In this document: piece by piece, positions 29,537 to 40,609 of the stretch
How the letters are laid out: each line of letters starts with the position of its first letter
How positions within the stretch are numbered: the stretch's first letter is position 1
NCBI GenBank assembly: GCA_945870425.1
Contig: CAMBSD010000009.1
Span: forward strand, 50,180 to 114,179
Length of the DNA: 64,000 nucleotides
Reading direction: 5' to 3'
Source of the DNA: Chitinophaga pinensis
Lineage (GTDB): Bacteria; Bacteroidota; Bacteroidia; UKL13-3
Position numbers and translations under genes: made by a program
Notes under the pieces: model-generated
Told to the model about the DNA's origin: nothing
Seen by the model: only the letters and a program-made list of their open reading frames with translations
Database searches by the model: none

Positions 29537-31372
29537 TTGAATAACTTTGAACAATTAGGTGTTCAGCAGTCCATCTTACAAGCAATTGGAGAACTGGGTT
29601 TTGAAACCCCAACACCTATACAGGAACAGTCGATACCTGTATTTTTAGAAAACGGACGCGACATTTTAGGATTAGCCCAGACGGGTACAGGAAAAACAGC
29701 CGCATTTGGCCTGCCTATTTTGCAATTAATCGATTTCAGCAATAAGCAAACGCAAGCTTTGGTTATCTGCCCAACACGCGAATTATGTATACAAATTACA
29801 CGCGATTTAAAGGCTTACAGTAAATACATTAACAATGTGAACATTGTTTCGGTGTATGGTGGAGCAAGTATTACAGGTCAAATAAGTGACATAAGGAGAG
29901 GTGCGCAAATTATTGTGGCCACCCCAGGTCGTTTAATGGATTTGATGAACCGCAATGCGGTAAACATTAAAACCATTGGTTATGTAGTGCTTGATGAAGC
30001 AGATGAAATGCTTAATATGGGCTTTGAAGAGGATGTTGAGTTTATCTTAGCAGAAACCCCAGCAGAAAAACGTGTTTGTTTGTTTAGTGCTACTATGCCT
30101 AAGCAAATTCGTAACATCGCTAACCGCTACATGAGCAATCCTTTCGAGATTTCGGTAGGAAAAGCTAATTCTGGTAACATCAACATTACCCATCAGTATT
30201 CAATCGTTCATGCGCGTGATAAATACGCAGCATTGAAACGTTATGTTGACTACAATAGCGATAATTTGTATTGTATCATTTTTTGTACTACCAAAAATGA
30301 AACGCAAGACATTAGTGATAAACTGATTAAAGACGGCTACAATGCAGATTGTTTGCATGGAGATTTAAGTCAAGCACAGAGAGAAAAGGTAATGAACCGT
30401 TTCCGTCATCATGCCATTAAAATTCTTTTGGCAACTGACGTAGCAGCTCGTGGTATCGATGTGAGTGCATTAACCCACGTAATTCATTTCCATTTACCAG
30501 ATGATATCGAGAATTATACACACCGAAGCGGGCGTACAGGCCGTGCGGGCAAAACGGGTGTTTCATATACCTTACTTCACATGCGTGAAGGTGGCAGACT
30601 GAAAGACATCGAAAGAATGGCAAGTGTCAAATTTGAAAAAATATTGATACCAAGTGCTGAAGAAGTGCGCGACAAAAAATTAATGGCATTTACAGATACC
30701 ATCTTAAATACTGAAATCGAAGAGAACATCTTTGACGAAAAAGTAATGGCAAGCCTTGAAACATTGATGCAATTTGAAAAAACAGAATTGTTACAAAAGT
30801 TTCTTTCCCTGGAGTTAAGACGCTTTAGCGTTGACTTTACAAATGCTCCTGACTTAAATATTAACGAAAGATCAACACGCGAAGGTGCAAGTGCATCAAC
30901 ATTTGGTGGAGGCGTTCGTTTGTTTGTTAGCGTTGGTAAAAAAGACGGTTTTGATATCAGAAACTTCAAAGACTATGTAGCTGAAAAAGCTGCTATTAGT
31001 TGGAAAAAAATCAGGGTTGATGTAAGTGGCGTTTATAGCTTTATTGATGCACAACAAGAAGATGTTGAAGCAATCATGAGTGGTTTGAATGGCCAAATGC
31101 ACAATGGACGTGTGGTAAGAGTTGAAGTAAGTGGCGACAAGCAAGGTGGATCAGGGAATGGAAGAGGAGGCTCTAGAGGCGGTTCTCGTGGCGGAAGTGG
31201 ATACGGTGGTGGTGAGAGAAGACGCAGTAGCGGTGGTGAAGGTGGAGGAGAAAGAAGACGCTCATCTGGTGGTGGATTCAGCAGCGGAGGTGGAAGCTAC
31301 GGTGGCGGTGGAGAAAGAAGACGCAGTAGCGGTGGAGAAGGTGGCGAAAGACGCAGAAGAAGCAGTTACTAA
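29537..31372 (+). CDS. DEAD-box ATP-dependent RNA helicase (DeaD/CsdA-like) with Gly/Arg-rich repeat tail
   Basis: TTG start. Q-motif, 'AQTGTGKT', 'DEAD', 'SAT', 'HRSGRTGRAG', DbpA-like RNA-binding region, then four copies of a GGERRRSSGG repeat. Confidence 0.9.
   Translation: MNNFEQLGVQQSILQAIGELGFETPTPIQEQSIPVFLENGRDILGLAQTGTGKTAAFGLPILQLIDFSNKQTQALVICPTRELCIQITRDLKAYSKYINNVNIVSVYGGASITGQISDIRRGAQIIVATPGRLMDLMNRNAVNIKTIGYVVLDEADEMLNMGFEEDVEFILAETPAEKRVCLFSATMPKQIRNIANRYMSNPFEISVGKANSGNINITHQYSIVHARDKYAALKRYVDYNSDNLYCIIFCTTKNETQDISDKLIKDGYNADCLHGDLSQAQREKVMNRFRHHAIKILLATDVAARGIDVSALTHVIHFHLPDDIENYTHRSGRTGRAGKTGVSYTLLHMREGGRLKDIERMASVKFEKILIPSAEEVRDKKLMAFTDTILNTEIEENIFDEKVMASLETLMQFEKTELLQKFLSLELRRFSVDFTNAPDLNINERSTREGASASTFGGGVRLFVSVGKKDGFDIRNFKDYVAEKAAISWKKIRVDVSGVYSFIDAQQEDVEAIMSGLNGQMHNGRVVRVEVSGDKQGGSGNGRGGSRGGSRGGSGYGGGERRRSSGGEGGGERRRSSGGGFSSGGGSYGGGGERRRSSGGEGGERRRRSSY
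31199..31369 (+). repeat. in-frame tandem repeat encoding a Gly/Arg/Ser-rich tail (GGERRRSSGGEGG, 4 copies)
   Basis: Direct repeats visible at nucleotide level (ggtgg(a/c)ga(a/g)agaagacgc(a/t)(g/c)tagcggtgg...). Confidence 0.7.
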
Positions 31373-31383
31373 TCAAAATACAT

Positions 31384-31424
31384 AAAACAGAAAAGCTCGC
31401 CAATTGGCGAGCTTTTCTGTTTTA
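31384..31424 (+). terminator. rho-independent terminator after helicase
   Basis: AAAACAGAAAAGCTCGCCAATTGGCGAGCTTTTCTGTTTT, a perfect palindrome with U-tract. Confidence 0.7.
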
Positions 31425-31516
31425 TGGAATAATCAACACTTTTTTATTAATTGATTTTAACTTATCACTTAAAATAATACCTTGCATTTACGTTTTACTT
31501 TAATAACAGAAATAAT

Positions 31517-34500
31517 ATGAAAAGAATCTTTACACTCACATTTTCATTATTGATATTGTTTTGTAATTCTACAATGGCTCAAAATGCCATACAAGCAGGT
31601 AACAGACAATATCCAATACCTAACAGGAATCACACTAAAAGTTCTCCAATTTTCACAGGATTGAACAAAACTAGCACTTGCTCGGCTGATACCATTGAAT
31701 ATACTATCTACAAAGCAACTGCACTAAATACCATCAACATAAATTCAACCACAAGCGCTGGAACGGGATACCAGTGGTTTCCTGCACCACAAGCCATTAC
31801 AGTTAGTGGATTCAACTTTTTTGCTTTCCTAAGCAGTTTGGCTGGTATCCAAAGCCAATCTGTAACACTTAGTATTTACAATGCAGGTATTGATTCAATG
31901 CCAAGTGGTGCTGCTCTTAGAAGTGTTACCATGAATATTGACACTGTTTTGGGTAATGGAAGTTTAGGAGCCATACTCAAAAGAGCTATTTTCACTACGC
32001 CTGCCACCATCACTAATCCAAATGGTTATGTATTAGCAATTGAAAATACAAGTGGTAATCAACTAAATGTAGTTACTAATAGTTGGAATAATTTGGATGG
32101 CGGAAGTGAATGGTGTGCATCTGTCAAATTATTTGGAACAAATACAAGATCATATAATATAAATATTGGCGGCACTCCTTATGATGCCGACTTTTTAATG
32201 TTTCCAATCGTTACATATTCACTTACAGCAGATTTTACTCACACACCAGCTTGTTTTACACCAGGTAACCCAGTTACTTTCACCAATACATCATCAGCAA
32301 TTAATAATAGCAGATTTTATAATCTAAGAAAACTTTTTGGAAATTATCCTCTTACTTACACATGGGACTTTGGTAATAGCACTGGAGGAAATGCGGTGGA
32401 TACGAATGTAATTTATGCTTCAGGTGGAACTTATAACGTAAAATTAACCGACTCCATAGAAGGTTATTATAGATATTGCACAGATAATAAATCTTTAGGC
32501 ATCAGCTCCTCTGCGCCTGCGCCAAATGCTGGAGGAGGAGGAAGCTACTGTATAGGTTCAACATTGAGTTTGACTTGTGCCACTGTGACTGGATCTACTT
32601 ACTATTGGACTGGGCCTAATGGCTATACATCCACCGCTCAAAATCCTACAAGAACAAACTTTAGTAGTTTAATGGCCGGACAATATGATGTTATGACCAT
32701 TAATGGAACTTGTTCATCGGCTGTCGCAAGTGTAATTGTTGCAGCCGTTTTACCACCAATCGCTACAAGCAATACACCCGTTTGTTTTGGTCAAACATTA
32801 AACCTAACAGCGTCATTAGTGCCAGGTGGCACCTATGCATGGACTGGTCCAAATGGATTTACGTCAAGTGCGCAAAGTCCTAATCGAACAAATTTGACTG
32901 CGGCTGATACCGGATTATACATCTTAAATGTTTCCTTGCCTGGATGTTCTTTCAACCCAGTCACAACTAGAGTTGCTGGATTGGCTATACCTGCAACACC
33001 AACCGTTGGCAATGCTCAAAGTTTATGTGAAGGTGAAGGTCTATCATTAAGCGCTCAAGGAACCTATGTAAATCCTACATTCAATTGGAATGGGCCAAAC
33101 AACTATTCTTCTAATATACAAAATCCAAGCATTAGTGCTACAACACTTAGCAATTCTGGCACATATAATGTTACTGTTACGGTGAATGGATGTACATCAT
33201 CTAGCGCAAGCACCAATGTTACAATCAATCCTAAACCAAGTGCACCAACAGTAGGAAGCAATGGTGCTTTGTGTGCTGGTCAAACTTTAAGTTTATCTGC
33301 AAGTGCTATAGCCAACGCAACTTATAATTGGTCTGGCCCAAATAATTTTACTTCAACACAACAAAATCCAAGCAGAATCAGCATGACAACTGCTGACGCA
33401 GGTTTGTATTCAGTAATCGCAACTGTAAATGGTTGTAGCTCTGTATCCGCTAGCATTACAATCAGTGTAAGTGCATCTGCACCTTCACCAACAGCATCAA
33501 GTAATTCACCTGTATGTGCAGGACAATCATTAACCTTATTTGCTTCAAATGTAGCAGGAGCCAATTATTCATGGACTGGACCAAACGGCTTTACTTCTAA
33601 TGCACAAAATCCAGTAATTACCAATGTAACTTCAGCTGGTGCTGGTGCATATAGCGTTACTGCAGCTACTGCCACTTGCGGAACTTCTCCAGCTTCTACC
33701 GTAAATGTTACAATTAATGCTTTAACAATTACACCTATTGCATCAAATGCAGGCCCTGCATGCGAAGGCTCATCAACTAGTTTAAGCATTACTACCATCA
33801 ATGGAGCAACCTATGGATGGGTTGGGCCAAATGCCTACGTTTCGGCTAGTCAAAATCCTAATTTGAACAATGTAACCAAAGCAATGGCTGGAACTTATAC
33901 TGTAACCATCAGCACTTCACAATGCGGTGCGGTTGGTTCATATTCTACAATATTAGCAGTAAAACAAAAACCTGTTGTTACCTCGGTATTTAATAACTCC
34001 CCACTATGTGCAGGCGATACTTTATAAGTTTCTGTTAACGGAACAAATACTAGCAGCAGTGCCACCTTTGCATGGACAGGACCAAATAGCTACGCATCAA
34101 GTGGAAAATCAATTGTAATAAATAATGTTAGTTCAGCTAATGATGGTACCTATTCGGTTACTGCGACAGATTCAGGTTGTACATCTGCCTCTTTCAGCAC
34201 TGGTTTTATTGTTAAACCAAAACCAACAGCACCTGTAAGTTCAAACAGTTCACCGCAATGCGAAGGTACTAAACTTGATTTAACTGCATCATTAATTAGT
34301 AATGCTACTTATGTATGGTCAGGACCAAATAATTTCACTAGCACACAGCGCAACCCGAGCATCAATGCCATAGCTAAAGCTGGCGAAGGTACCTACAAAG
34401 TATACTGTGTGGTGAATGGATGTAAATCGGTTGAAGAGGCTACCAATGTAGTCATTAATATAAAACCGGCATCACCTGTTATTTCTAACAACAGCCCTTA

Positions 34501-35461
34501 CTGCGAGCGTAGCAACGTGAGCCTAACAGTGCCTGCGGTTTCGGGTGCTACTTATAGCTGGACAGGACCAGTCAACTTTACTTCAACCAATCAAAACGTT
34601 TCATTGATTTCGGCTATTCCAGTTCAATCAGGAACCTACAGCTGTGTAATGACTGTGGCAGGCTGTGTAAGCGATGCAGGTACTACTGAATTGTTAGTTA
34701 CTCCATTGCCAACTGCTCCTACCCTATCAAGTTTCCCTGTTAACAAATTATGTGCTGGAGATAGCTTGCAACTATTCGCTTCTTTTACTGATTTAGCAAC
34801 ATACAGTTGGACTGGCCCAGCAGGATTCGTTTCGGCATTGCGCAATCCAACCATCAAAAATACCAACCAAGCTTATTCAGGAACGTATTCTGTAGCCATA
34901 ACCAAAGGTGCCTGTACTTCGCAACCAGCTAATATTACCATCACCGTGAACCCAACTCCAAATACAGGCAATATCTCAGGATTGGCTAATGTATTTAAAT
35001 TAGATACGGTTTCATACATGGTGAATGGATTACAAGGATCGTCATTCGATTGGAATGTAACGGGTGCTAATATAACGTTGGGTGCGGGTTCAAACAAAGT
35101 ACAAGTAAAATGGTTGACTGTGGGCACTGAAACCATTAAAGTAAAAGAAACATCTGACCAAGGTTGTTTGGGTGTTGAAAAATCATTTGCAGTAAACGTA
35201 GTACCTACAACAAGTGTGAATGAATTGCATGCCAATGCTGATGTGGTAGTATATCCAAACCCAATGAATGAATCCTTAACTGTGAGTATGTTGAGCAATC
35301 ACAAATTGCAATCAGCCACTATTTATGATTTAATTGGAAATGAAATCATCACTAGCAATAAATCAGATATAGATGTAAGTCATTTGCAAAATGGTGTTTA
35401 CGTTATCAGAATAAAAGATAATAATGGAAATACTTATAGCCAAAAAGTAATTAAAAACTAA
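31517..35461 (+). pseudogene. giant T9SS (type-A) surface adhesin with at least 13 tandem ~80-aa Ig-like repeats, interrupted by one in-frame TAA at 34028-34030
   Basis: A single frame is open from 31517 to 35461 except TAA at 34028. The track splits it into 31517..34027 and 34409..35461 (GTG). Repeats 'C.G..L.L.A.....(Y/F).W(S/T)GPN(G/N)(F/Y)(T/S)S..QNP'. C-terminal 'VYPNPMNESLTVS...IYDLIGNEII...NGVYVIRIKDNNGNTYSQKVIKN'. Confidence 0.75.
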
Positions 35462-35482
35462 GGCTAAAAATATTCTTAGACA

Positions 35483-35514
35483 AAGGCTGCTTCTTCAGAG
35501 GCAGCCTTTTTTTT
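35483..35514 (+). terminator. rho-independent terminator
   Basis: AAGGCTGCTTC-TTCA-GAGGCAGCCTT followed by TTTTTTTT. Confidence 0.6.
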
Positions 35515-35632
35515 AGATTAATTTTCAGGGAAAAGATAATTGAGATTTTAATGAATCGTTCAGAAATGCTTCAAAAAAATGTCGAAAATTTCTTCCCGAA
35601 CTTCTTTATATATTCTGATGCATGCAAAACAA

Positions 35633-36835
35633 TTAGTTGCTAAACTCATGACCCATTTTGTCTCTTTTGGTTTCAAGGTATTTTTTGTTGTGCGGATTCG
35701 ACTTTACTTCCAAAGCCACATTTTCAACTATCTCGAGTCCATATCCAATTAAGCCCGCACGTTTGGTAGGATTATTGGTCATCAATCGCATTTTGGTTAT
35801 GCCAATATCTCTCAATATTTGTGCACCTACACCATAGTCGCGTTCATCCATTTTAAAGCCCAATTTAATATTGGCTTCAACAGTATCAAAACCTTGCTCT
35901 TGCAGCTTATAAGCTTTTAATTTATTGACAAGCCCAATGCCTCTGCCTTCTTGGTTTATGTACAATACCACACCTTTACCTTCTTTCTCAATCATCTCCA
36001 TAGCCTTTTTCAATTGATCGCCACAATCGCAACGCATACTATGGAAAATATCACCTGTAACACAACTGCTGTGCACGCGCACTAATACGGGCTCTGATTC
36101 TTTCCACTCCCCTTTTTGTAATACCACATGCTCCTCGCCTGTATCTATTTGTCGGTAGGCCGAAAGAACAAAGTGTCCATATTCAGTTGGCATATCCACC
36201 GAAATCACACGTTGGATTAAACTTTCTTTTTGCAACCTGTATGAAATCAAATCCTTGATGGTTATTAATTTCATGTTATGCTTTTCGGCCACCTCCATCA
36301 ATTGTGGCAAACGAGCCATTGAACCATCTTCATTCAAAATTTCCACAATACATCCTGCAGGTTCAAAACCTGCCAAACGAGCTAAATCAATAGCAGCTTC
36401 TGTATGTCCAGCCCTGCGAAGCACACCTTCTGGCTTGGCTTTTAATGGAAATATATGTCCTGGCTTGCCTAATTCTTCTGGCTTTGTAGCAGGATCAATT
36501 AAAGCTTGTAGGGTTTTAGCCCTGTCTTGTGCAGAGATTCCCGTAGTACAGCCCTTACCTAATAAGTCAACAGAAACAGTGAAAGGTGTTTCGTGTAAGG
36601 TGGTATTATCATTCACCATCAACTCCAATTTCAATTCTTCACAACGACTTTCAATCAGTGGCGCACATATCAGTCCCCTACCCTCTTTAGCCATAAAATT
36701 GATGATTTCTGGAGTAACATTACGCGCGGCAGTTACAAAATCACCTTCGTTTTCACGGTCTTCATCATCAACCACTATCACCATTTTACCATTTTTTATG
36801 TCTTCAATGGCTTCTTCAATTGTATTAAATTTCAT
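35633..36835 (-). CDS. ribBA: bifunctional 3,4-dihydroxy-2-butanone-4-phosphate synthase / GTP cyclohydrolase II
   Basis: 'DEDRENEGD' DHBP synthase motif. '[18 protein letters not shown]' GTP cyclohydrolase II zinc-Cys motif. Confidence 0.9.
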   Translation of the reverse strand: MKFNTIEEAIEDIKNGKMVIVVDDEDRENEGDFVTAARNVTPEIINFMAKEGRGLICAPLIESRCEELKLELMVNDNTTLHETPFTVSVDLLGKGCTTGISAQDRAKTLQALIDPATKPEELGKPGHIFPLKAKPEGVLRRAGHTEAAIDLARLAGFEPAGCIVEILNEDGSMARLPQLMEVAEKHNMKLITIKDLISYRLQKESLIQRVISVDMPTEYGHFVLSAYRQIDTGEEHVVLQKGEWKESEPVLVRVHSSCVTGDIFHSMRCDCGDQLKKAMEMIEKEGKGVVLYINQEGRGIGLVNKLKAYKLQEQGFDTVEANIKLGFKMDERDYGVGAQILRDIGITKMRLMTNNPTKRAGLIGYGLEIVENVALEVKSNPHNKKYLETKRDKMGHEFSN

Positions 36836-36889
36836 TCTTTGGTATATTTTTGATTTGGAATCGGGCTCGAAATTAGGATTTAGCGAGCA

Positions 36890-38086
36890 TTAAACATGAT
36901 GATAAAAGTCTAATGTTTGCTTTGTAATAAGTTTGTTATTGTATAAATGTTTGGCCAAGTCACGAGCATTACTGCCCAATTCAATTATTTTTTGCGGATT
37001 GTTTATAAGCAGACTTAAGGCCATGATAAAAGAATCTGCATCATTAACAATCATGAGCTCTTTATTGTTTTCTACCTCTATGCCTTGCACACCAAGGGGT
37101 GTGGTTACAATACATTTTGATAGAGCCATTCCCTCTAAAATTTTGACACGGATGCCACTTCCTGAAAACAAAGGAACTATTTGTATGGACTTGGATTGCA
37201 TAAAGGCAATGGCATCTTCTACCTCGCCTAATACAATAATATTGCCTCCATGGTATTTCTTAAAATAGTCGGGCATGTTACGGCCTGCTATATAAAATTT
37301 AAGTTGGGGAAATTGAAGCGTAAGTTTTTGCCACACATTTTCGATAAACCACACAACCGCCTCTTGGTTAGGCATCCAATCCATGCTGCCAATATGAAAC
37401 AAACTTGGCATTTCAAGATGGCTATGATCTGGCTTCAAACGTTGCATATCAATTCCCACGGGAGCAATATGAACAGGTTTATAACAGCCCAAAGCGTTAA
37501 ACACATTCGCATCTTGTTGGGTAACACAAGTCAATCCATCAAATTTATTAAGCTGTGCTACTTCAAAGCTTTTCAATCTCCTTGAAAGTACTTCTAGGTA
37601 CCATTTCTTTATAGGATTCTTTTCAATATCGGCAAGGCTTTGCCATATTTCATACTCTACATTGTATTGACGTAGAACGCACTTTGCGTGACTATATTTT
37701 CTGACCACATCAAGGTAAGGTGCAACAAAAACACTTTCAAAAACAATCACATCAAACTCCTTCTCTCTGCACAATTTCTCCAAAAGCCTTTCGAAATCTT
37801 GGCTAATAAACCTAACCACATGATAGGATTCTTTTGAAAAAAGTAAGTTTTTGAGGGCATCTACTGGATTAATTCTATTATCAATATAGGATAAATGAAT
37901 GTCTGCTAATTCTCTTACTTCTATTGGCAATTTATCGAGCTCTACAAAGTGTTTCGAAGTATTTAAAACTGCCAAAGTCAAATCAACACCGGCATCATGG
38001 TAGCCTTTGGTAAAATTATAATAACCCAATGCACCACCATCTTTCAATGGCCAAGGAAAACGATTGATGATTTGCAGAATTTTCAT
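36890..38086 (-). CDS. glycosyltransferase family 4 (GT-B)
   Basis: N-terminal 'KILQIINRFPWPLKDGGA', C-terminal EX7E-like region (EGMALSKCIVTTPLG). Confidence 0.75.
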   Translation of the reverse strand: MKILQIINRFPWPLKDGGALGYYNFTKGYHDAGVDLTLAVLNTSKHFVELDKLPIEVRELADIHLSYIDNRINPVDALKNLLFSKESYHVVRFISQDFERLLEKLCREKEFDVIVFESVFVAPYLDVVRKYSHAKCVLRQYNVEYEIWQSLADIEKNPIKKWYLEVLSRRLKSFEVAQLNKFDGLTCVTQQDANVFNALGCYKPVHIAPVGIDMQRLKPDHSHLEMPSLFHIGSMDWMPNQEAVVWFIENVWQKLTLQFPQLKFYIAGRNMPDYFKKYHGGNIIVLGEVEDAIAFMQSKSIQIVPLFSGSGIRVKILEGMALSKCIVTTPLGVQGIEVENNKELMIVNDADSFIMALSLLINNPQKIIELGSNARDLAKHLYNNKLITKQTLDFYHHV

Positions 38087-38094
38087 TCTTCAGA

Positions 38095-39531
38095 CTAAGC
38101 GTGTTTGATTCTAAAAATACGTTTAAACAAATTAACCCATGCCGATTTATCAAGCAATTGCGAGTCGTTTGAGGCTTGAAAGGTAAGAAATAATCCGAGT
38201 GGTAAAAGAACCGCAATAGGCATCCACATGCCATCCAAAGGAGTCCAAGCAAGGGTTTTGGCCGCTTTCTCACCCGTTAATGACACAATATGAAAGCCTA
38301 AATAAAGTAATACTGAAATAACAATAGGCAATCCAAAACCTCCTTTACGAATGATAGAGCCCAAAGGTGCTCCGATAAAAAACATGACAAAACAAGCCAC
38401 TGCCAAGGTAAGTTTTCTGTGCCATTCAATTTTATGTCTTGCCCTCAATTTGGTTAAATCATCAAACTCAGAAATTGAATAGTCTAGCATATTTTTTACT
38501 GCGCGTGCATTGTTTGCCGCATTTATGATGGCTACACTTTTGTCTACATCCGTAAAATGTGACATCACATTAGAGTCAGCCAAGGCAATATGATGGGTTT
38601 TGTAATTTCTTAAATAATTTGAATCATTTTCGCTTGGTAGCCACTGACAATAGGGCTGCGCCAAAGTCTTTAAATAAAGTGATTTCATGATGGCAACACT
38701 GTCCAATGAATCACTGTTATGTCCTAATTGCACGATATTAAGCATCTCGAAATGATGCTTAAATAAACTTTCATCTGTTCGGTTAAACTTAAAATTGTTT
38801 AAGTCAAAAGCAATTTGTTCTTGAGAAAAACTTGCCTTTGTATGCGGATAGGAATTAAAATAGCCTTGCTGTTTTTCCATTTCCTCGTATCGAGCACCAT
38901 CATACAATTTGAAAAACAAAAAACGCTTGTCCTCACTCATGCCCATGGTGCCGCGTTTGGCTGTAATGATAACTGGGTAGGTATTATTCTCACGTTGATC
39001 ATAAATCATGATGTCATACATCTCCTGCGTAGTCTTGTCCTTCTTGCCCACGCGCATGGTAATTCCTTCGATACCCGTATAAAATACACCTTCAGTGATG
39101 GCTAAAGAAGGTTTTTGTTGCCTTACATCATACAATAATGAACTGCGTTTAAGATTAGCCTGAGGGATTAAAATATTAGAAACAAAAAAAGCGAAAAGAG
39201 ATATGCCTACCATCACCAACATCATAGGTCTAAAAATTTTCATGGTAGATATGCCTGCCGCCTTAGCAGCTACTAGCTCATAGCTCTCGCCTAGGTTACC
39301 AAATGTCATGATAGAGGCTAATAATACCGAAAGAGGCAATGCCTGCGGAATAAGACTGGCAGAAAAATAAAACATCAATTCAGCAATAACTGTCCAGTCT
39401 AATCCTTTGCCCACCAGCTCATCTACATATAGCCAAACCACCTGCATTAGCAGGATAAACATAACTATTACAAACGTGGGGAAGAACGATTGTAAAAAAC
39501 TACGGACTATTAAAACATTAAATTTCTTCAT
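38095..39531 (-). CDS. LptF/LptG family (YjgP/YjgQ) LPS export permease
   Basis: N-terminal 'LIVRSFLQSFFPTFVIVMFILLMQ' and overall 6-TM plus periplasmic-domain architecture. Confidence 0.7.
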   Translation of the reverse strand: MKKFNVLIVRSFLQSFFPTFVIVMFILLMQVVWLYVDELVGKGLDWTVIAELMFYFSASLIPQALPLSVLLASIMTFGNLGESYELVAAKAAGISTMKIFRPMMLVMVGISLFAFFVSNILIPQANLKRSSLLYDVRQQKPSLAITEGVFYTGIEGITMRVGKKDKTTQEMYDIMIYDQRENNTYPVIITAKRGTMGMSEDKRFLFFKLYDGARYEEMEKQQGYFNSYPHTKASFSQEQIAFDLNNFKFNRTDESLFKHHFEMLNIVQLGHNSDSLDSVAIMKSLYLKTLAQPYCQWLPSENDSNYLRNYKTHHIALADSNVMSHFTDVDKSVAIINAANNARAVKNMLDYSISEFDDLTKLRARHKIEWHRKLTLAVACFVMFFIGAPLGSIIRKGGFGLPIVISVLLYLGFHIVSLTGEKAAKTLAWTPLDGMWMPIAVLLPLGLFLTFQASNDSQLLDKSAWVNLFKRIFRIKHA

Positions 39532-39574
39532 TCAATTTTATAAAAGCTTTTATTTGTATGAAAAGTAAAAAGCG

Positions 39575-40156
39575 ATGCAAAATTCATCAATTAAACTTAC
39601 AAACAAAGAATTTGAATTAATTCTCGATACAGAATATCCCTTACTCAAAAAAAATGCCATTGACAAAATACAAGCACATTTGCACGAGTTGGGAGCGCAA
39701 CTTATTGCAAACACACTTATTACAAGACCCTTACCTGCGAAAAGCTTCAAAATAAGCAAAGGAGAAAATTATTTGAATTTGCCCTACCTAGTGCTCGATT
39801 TGCCCAAAATTGGTGGTAACCATTTCCCTATTCTCTGTCGAACCCTATTTTGGTGGGGTAAATATTTTTCTTTCAATGTGTTTATCAGAAAAGAGATATA
39901 CGATATGGCTAGCTTTGAAAAAAAGCTTAAAATATGCGATTCGGATGGTATTCACTTATTGCTAAGTGACAAAATTTGGCAACAAGATTTGGATACTGAA
40001 GATTATAACCAAGTATCAAAATGGCCTGAAAATATAATAACCGAAGGACCCTATTTGAAACTATCTATCAAACATCCGATTGAAGAAATAGATACTTTAT
40101 TTGAAAAAGCTACCTATTATTATGGACTTATCCTATCCTGCCTAAACCAAGAATAA
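39575..40156 (+). CDS. hypothetical protein
   Basis: 193 aa, no recognisable motif. Stop overlaps the next start (TAATG). Confidence 0.4.
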   Translation: MQNSSIKLTNKEFELILDTEYPLLKKNAIDKIQAHLHELGAQLIANTLITRPLPAKSFKISKGENYLNLPYLVLDLPKIGGNHFPILCRTLFWWGKYFSFNVFIRKEIYDMASFEKKLKICDSDGIHLLLSDKIWQQDLDTEDYNQVSKWPENIITEGPYLKLSIKHPIEEIDTLFEKATYYYGLILSCLNQE

Positions 40157-40536
40157 TGAAACTAGATTACATCAATAACATCAACGAGTTTGGAGATAAG
40201 ATTGTGCGATTGTATAACTTTGATGCGGCCGAGGCCAAGGCCTTCAGCGAATCCATAAGTATGCACATCATAAGAAACAAGTCTAATTTTAATCTGGATT
40301 CCGCAACATATATTCAAACTCAAAATTGCCAATTGAGCCTATGTTTATCAGATGAAGATGAGGGGATCATAAGCCTTAAACCAAGGGAATTTGTTTGCAA
40401 TCTCACTTTATCATCTTACCACAAAATGCTTTTATTGATTCAACCTTTTTGTCTGAAAGAAATGAAAAGCTACCAATTTTTATACGAGGATATTGATAAC
40501 CCCATAGATTTTTTATTTTCACCTAGTGGTAAATAA
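40156..40536 (+). CDS. hypothetical protein
   Basis: 126 aa, translationally coupled to the upstream ORF. Confidence 0.4.
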   Translation: MKLDYINNINEFGDKIVRLYNFDAAEAKAFSESISMHIIRNKSNFNLDSATYIQTQNCQLSLCLSDEDEGIISLKPREFVCNLTLSSYHKMLLLIQPFCLKEMKSYQFLYEDIDNPIDFLFSPSGK

Positions 40537-40609
40537 AGCACCTTATTTAAATGAAGCTAAGCATAATCTATTCTTTGTTTTATAGCCATTTTATTCATTA
40601 TTTGCAGAT

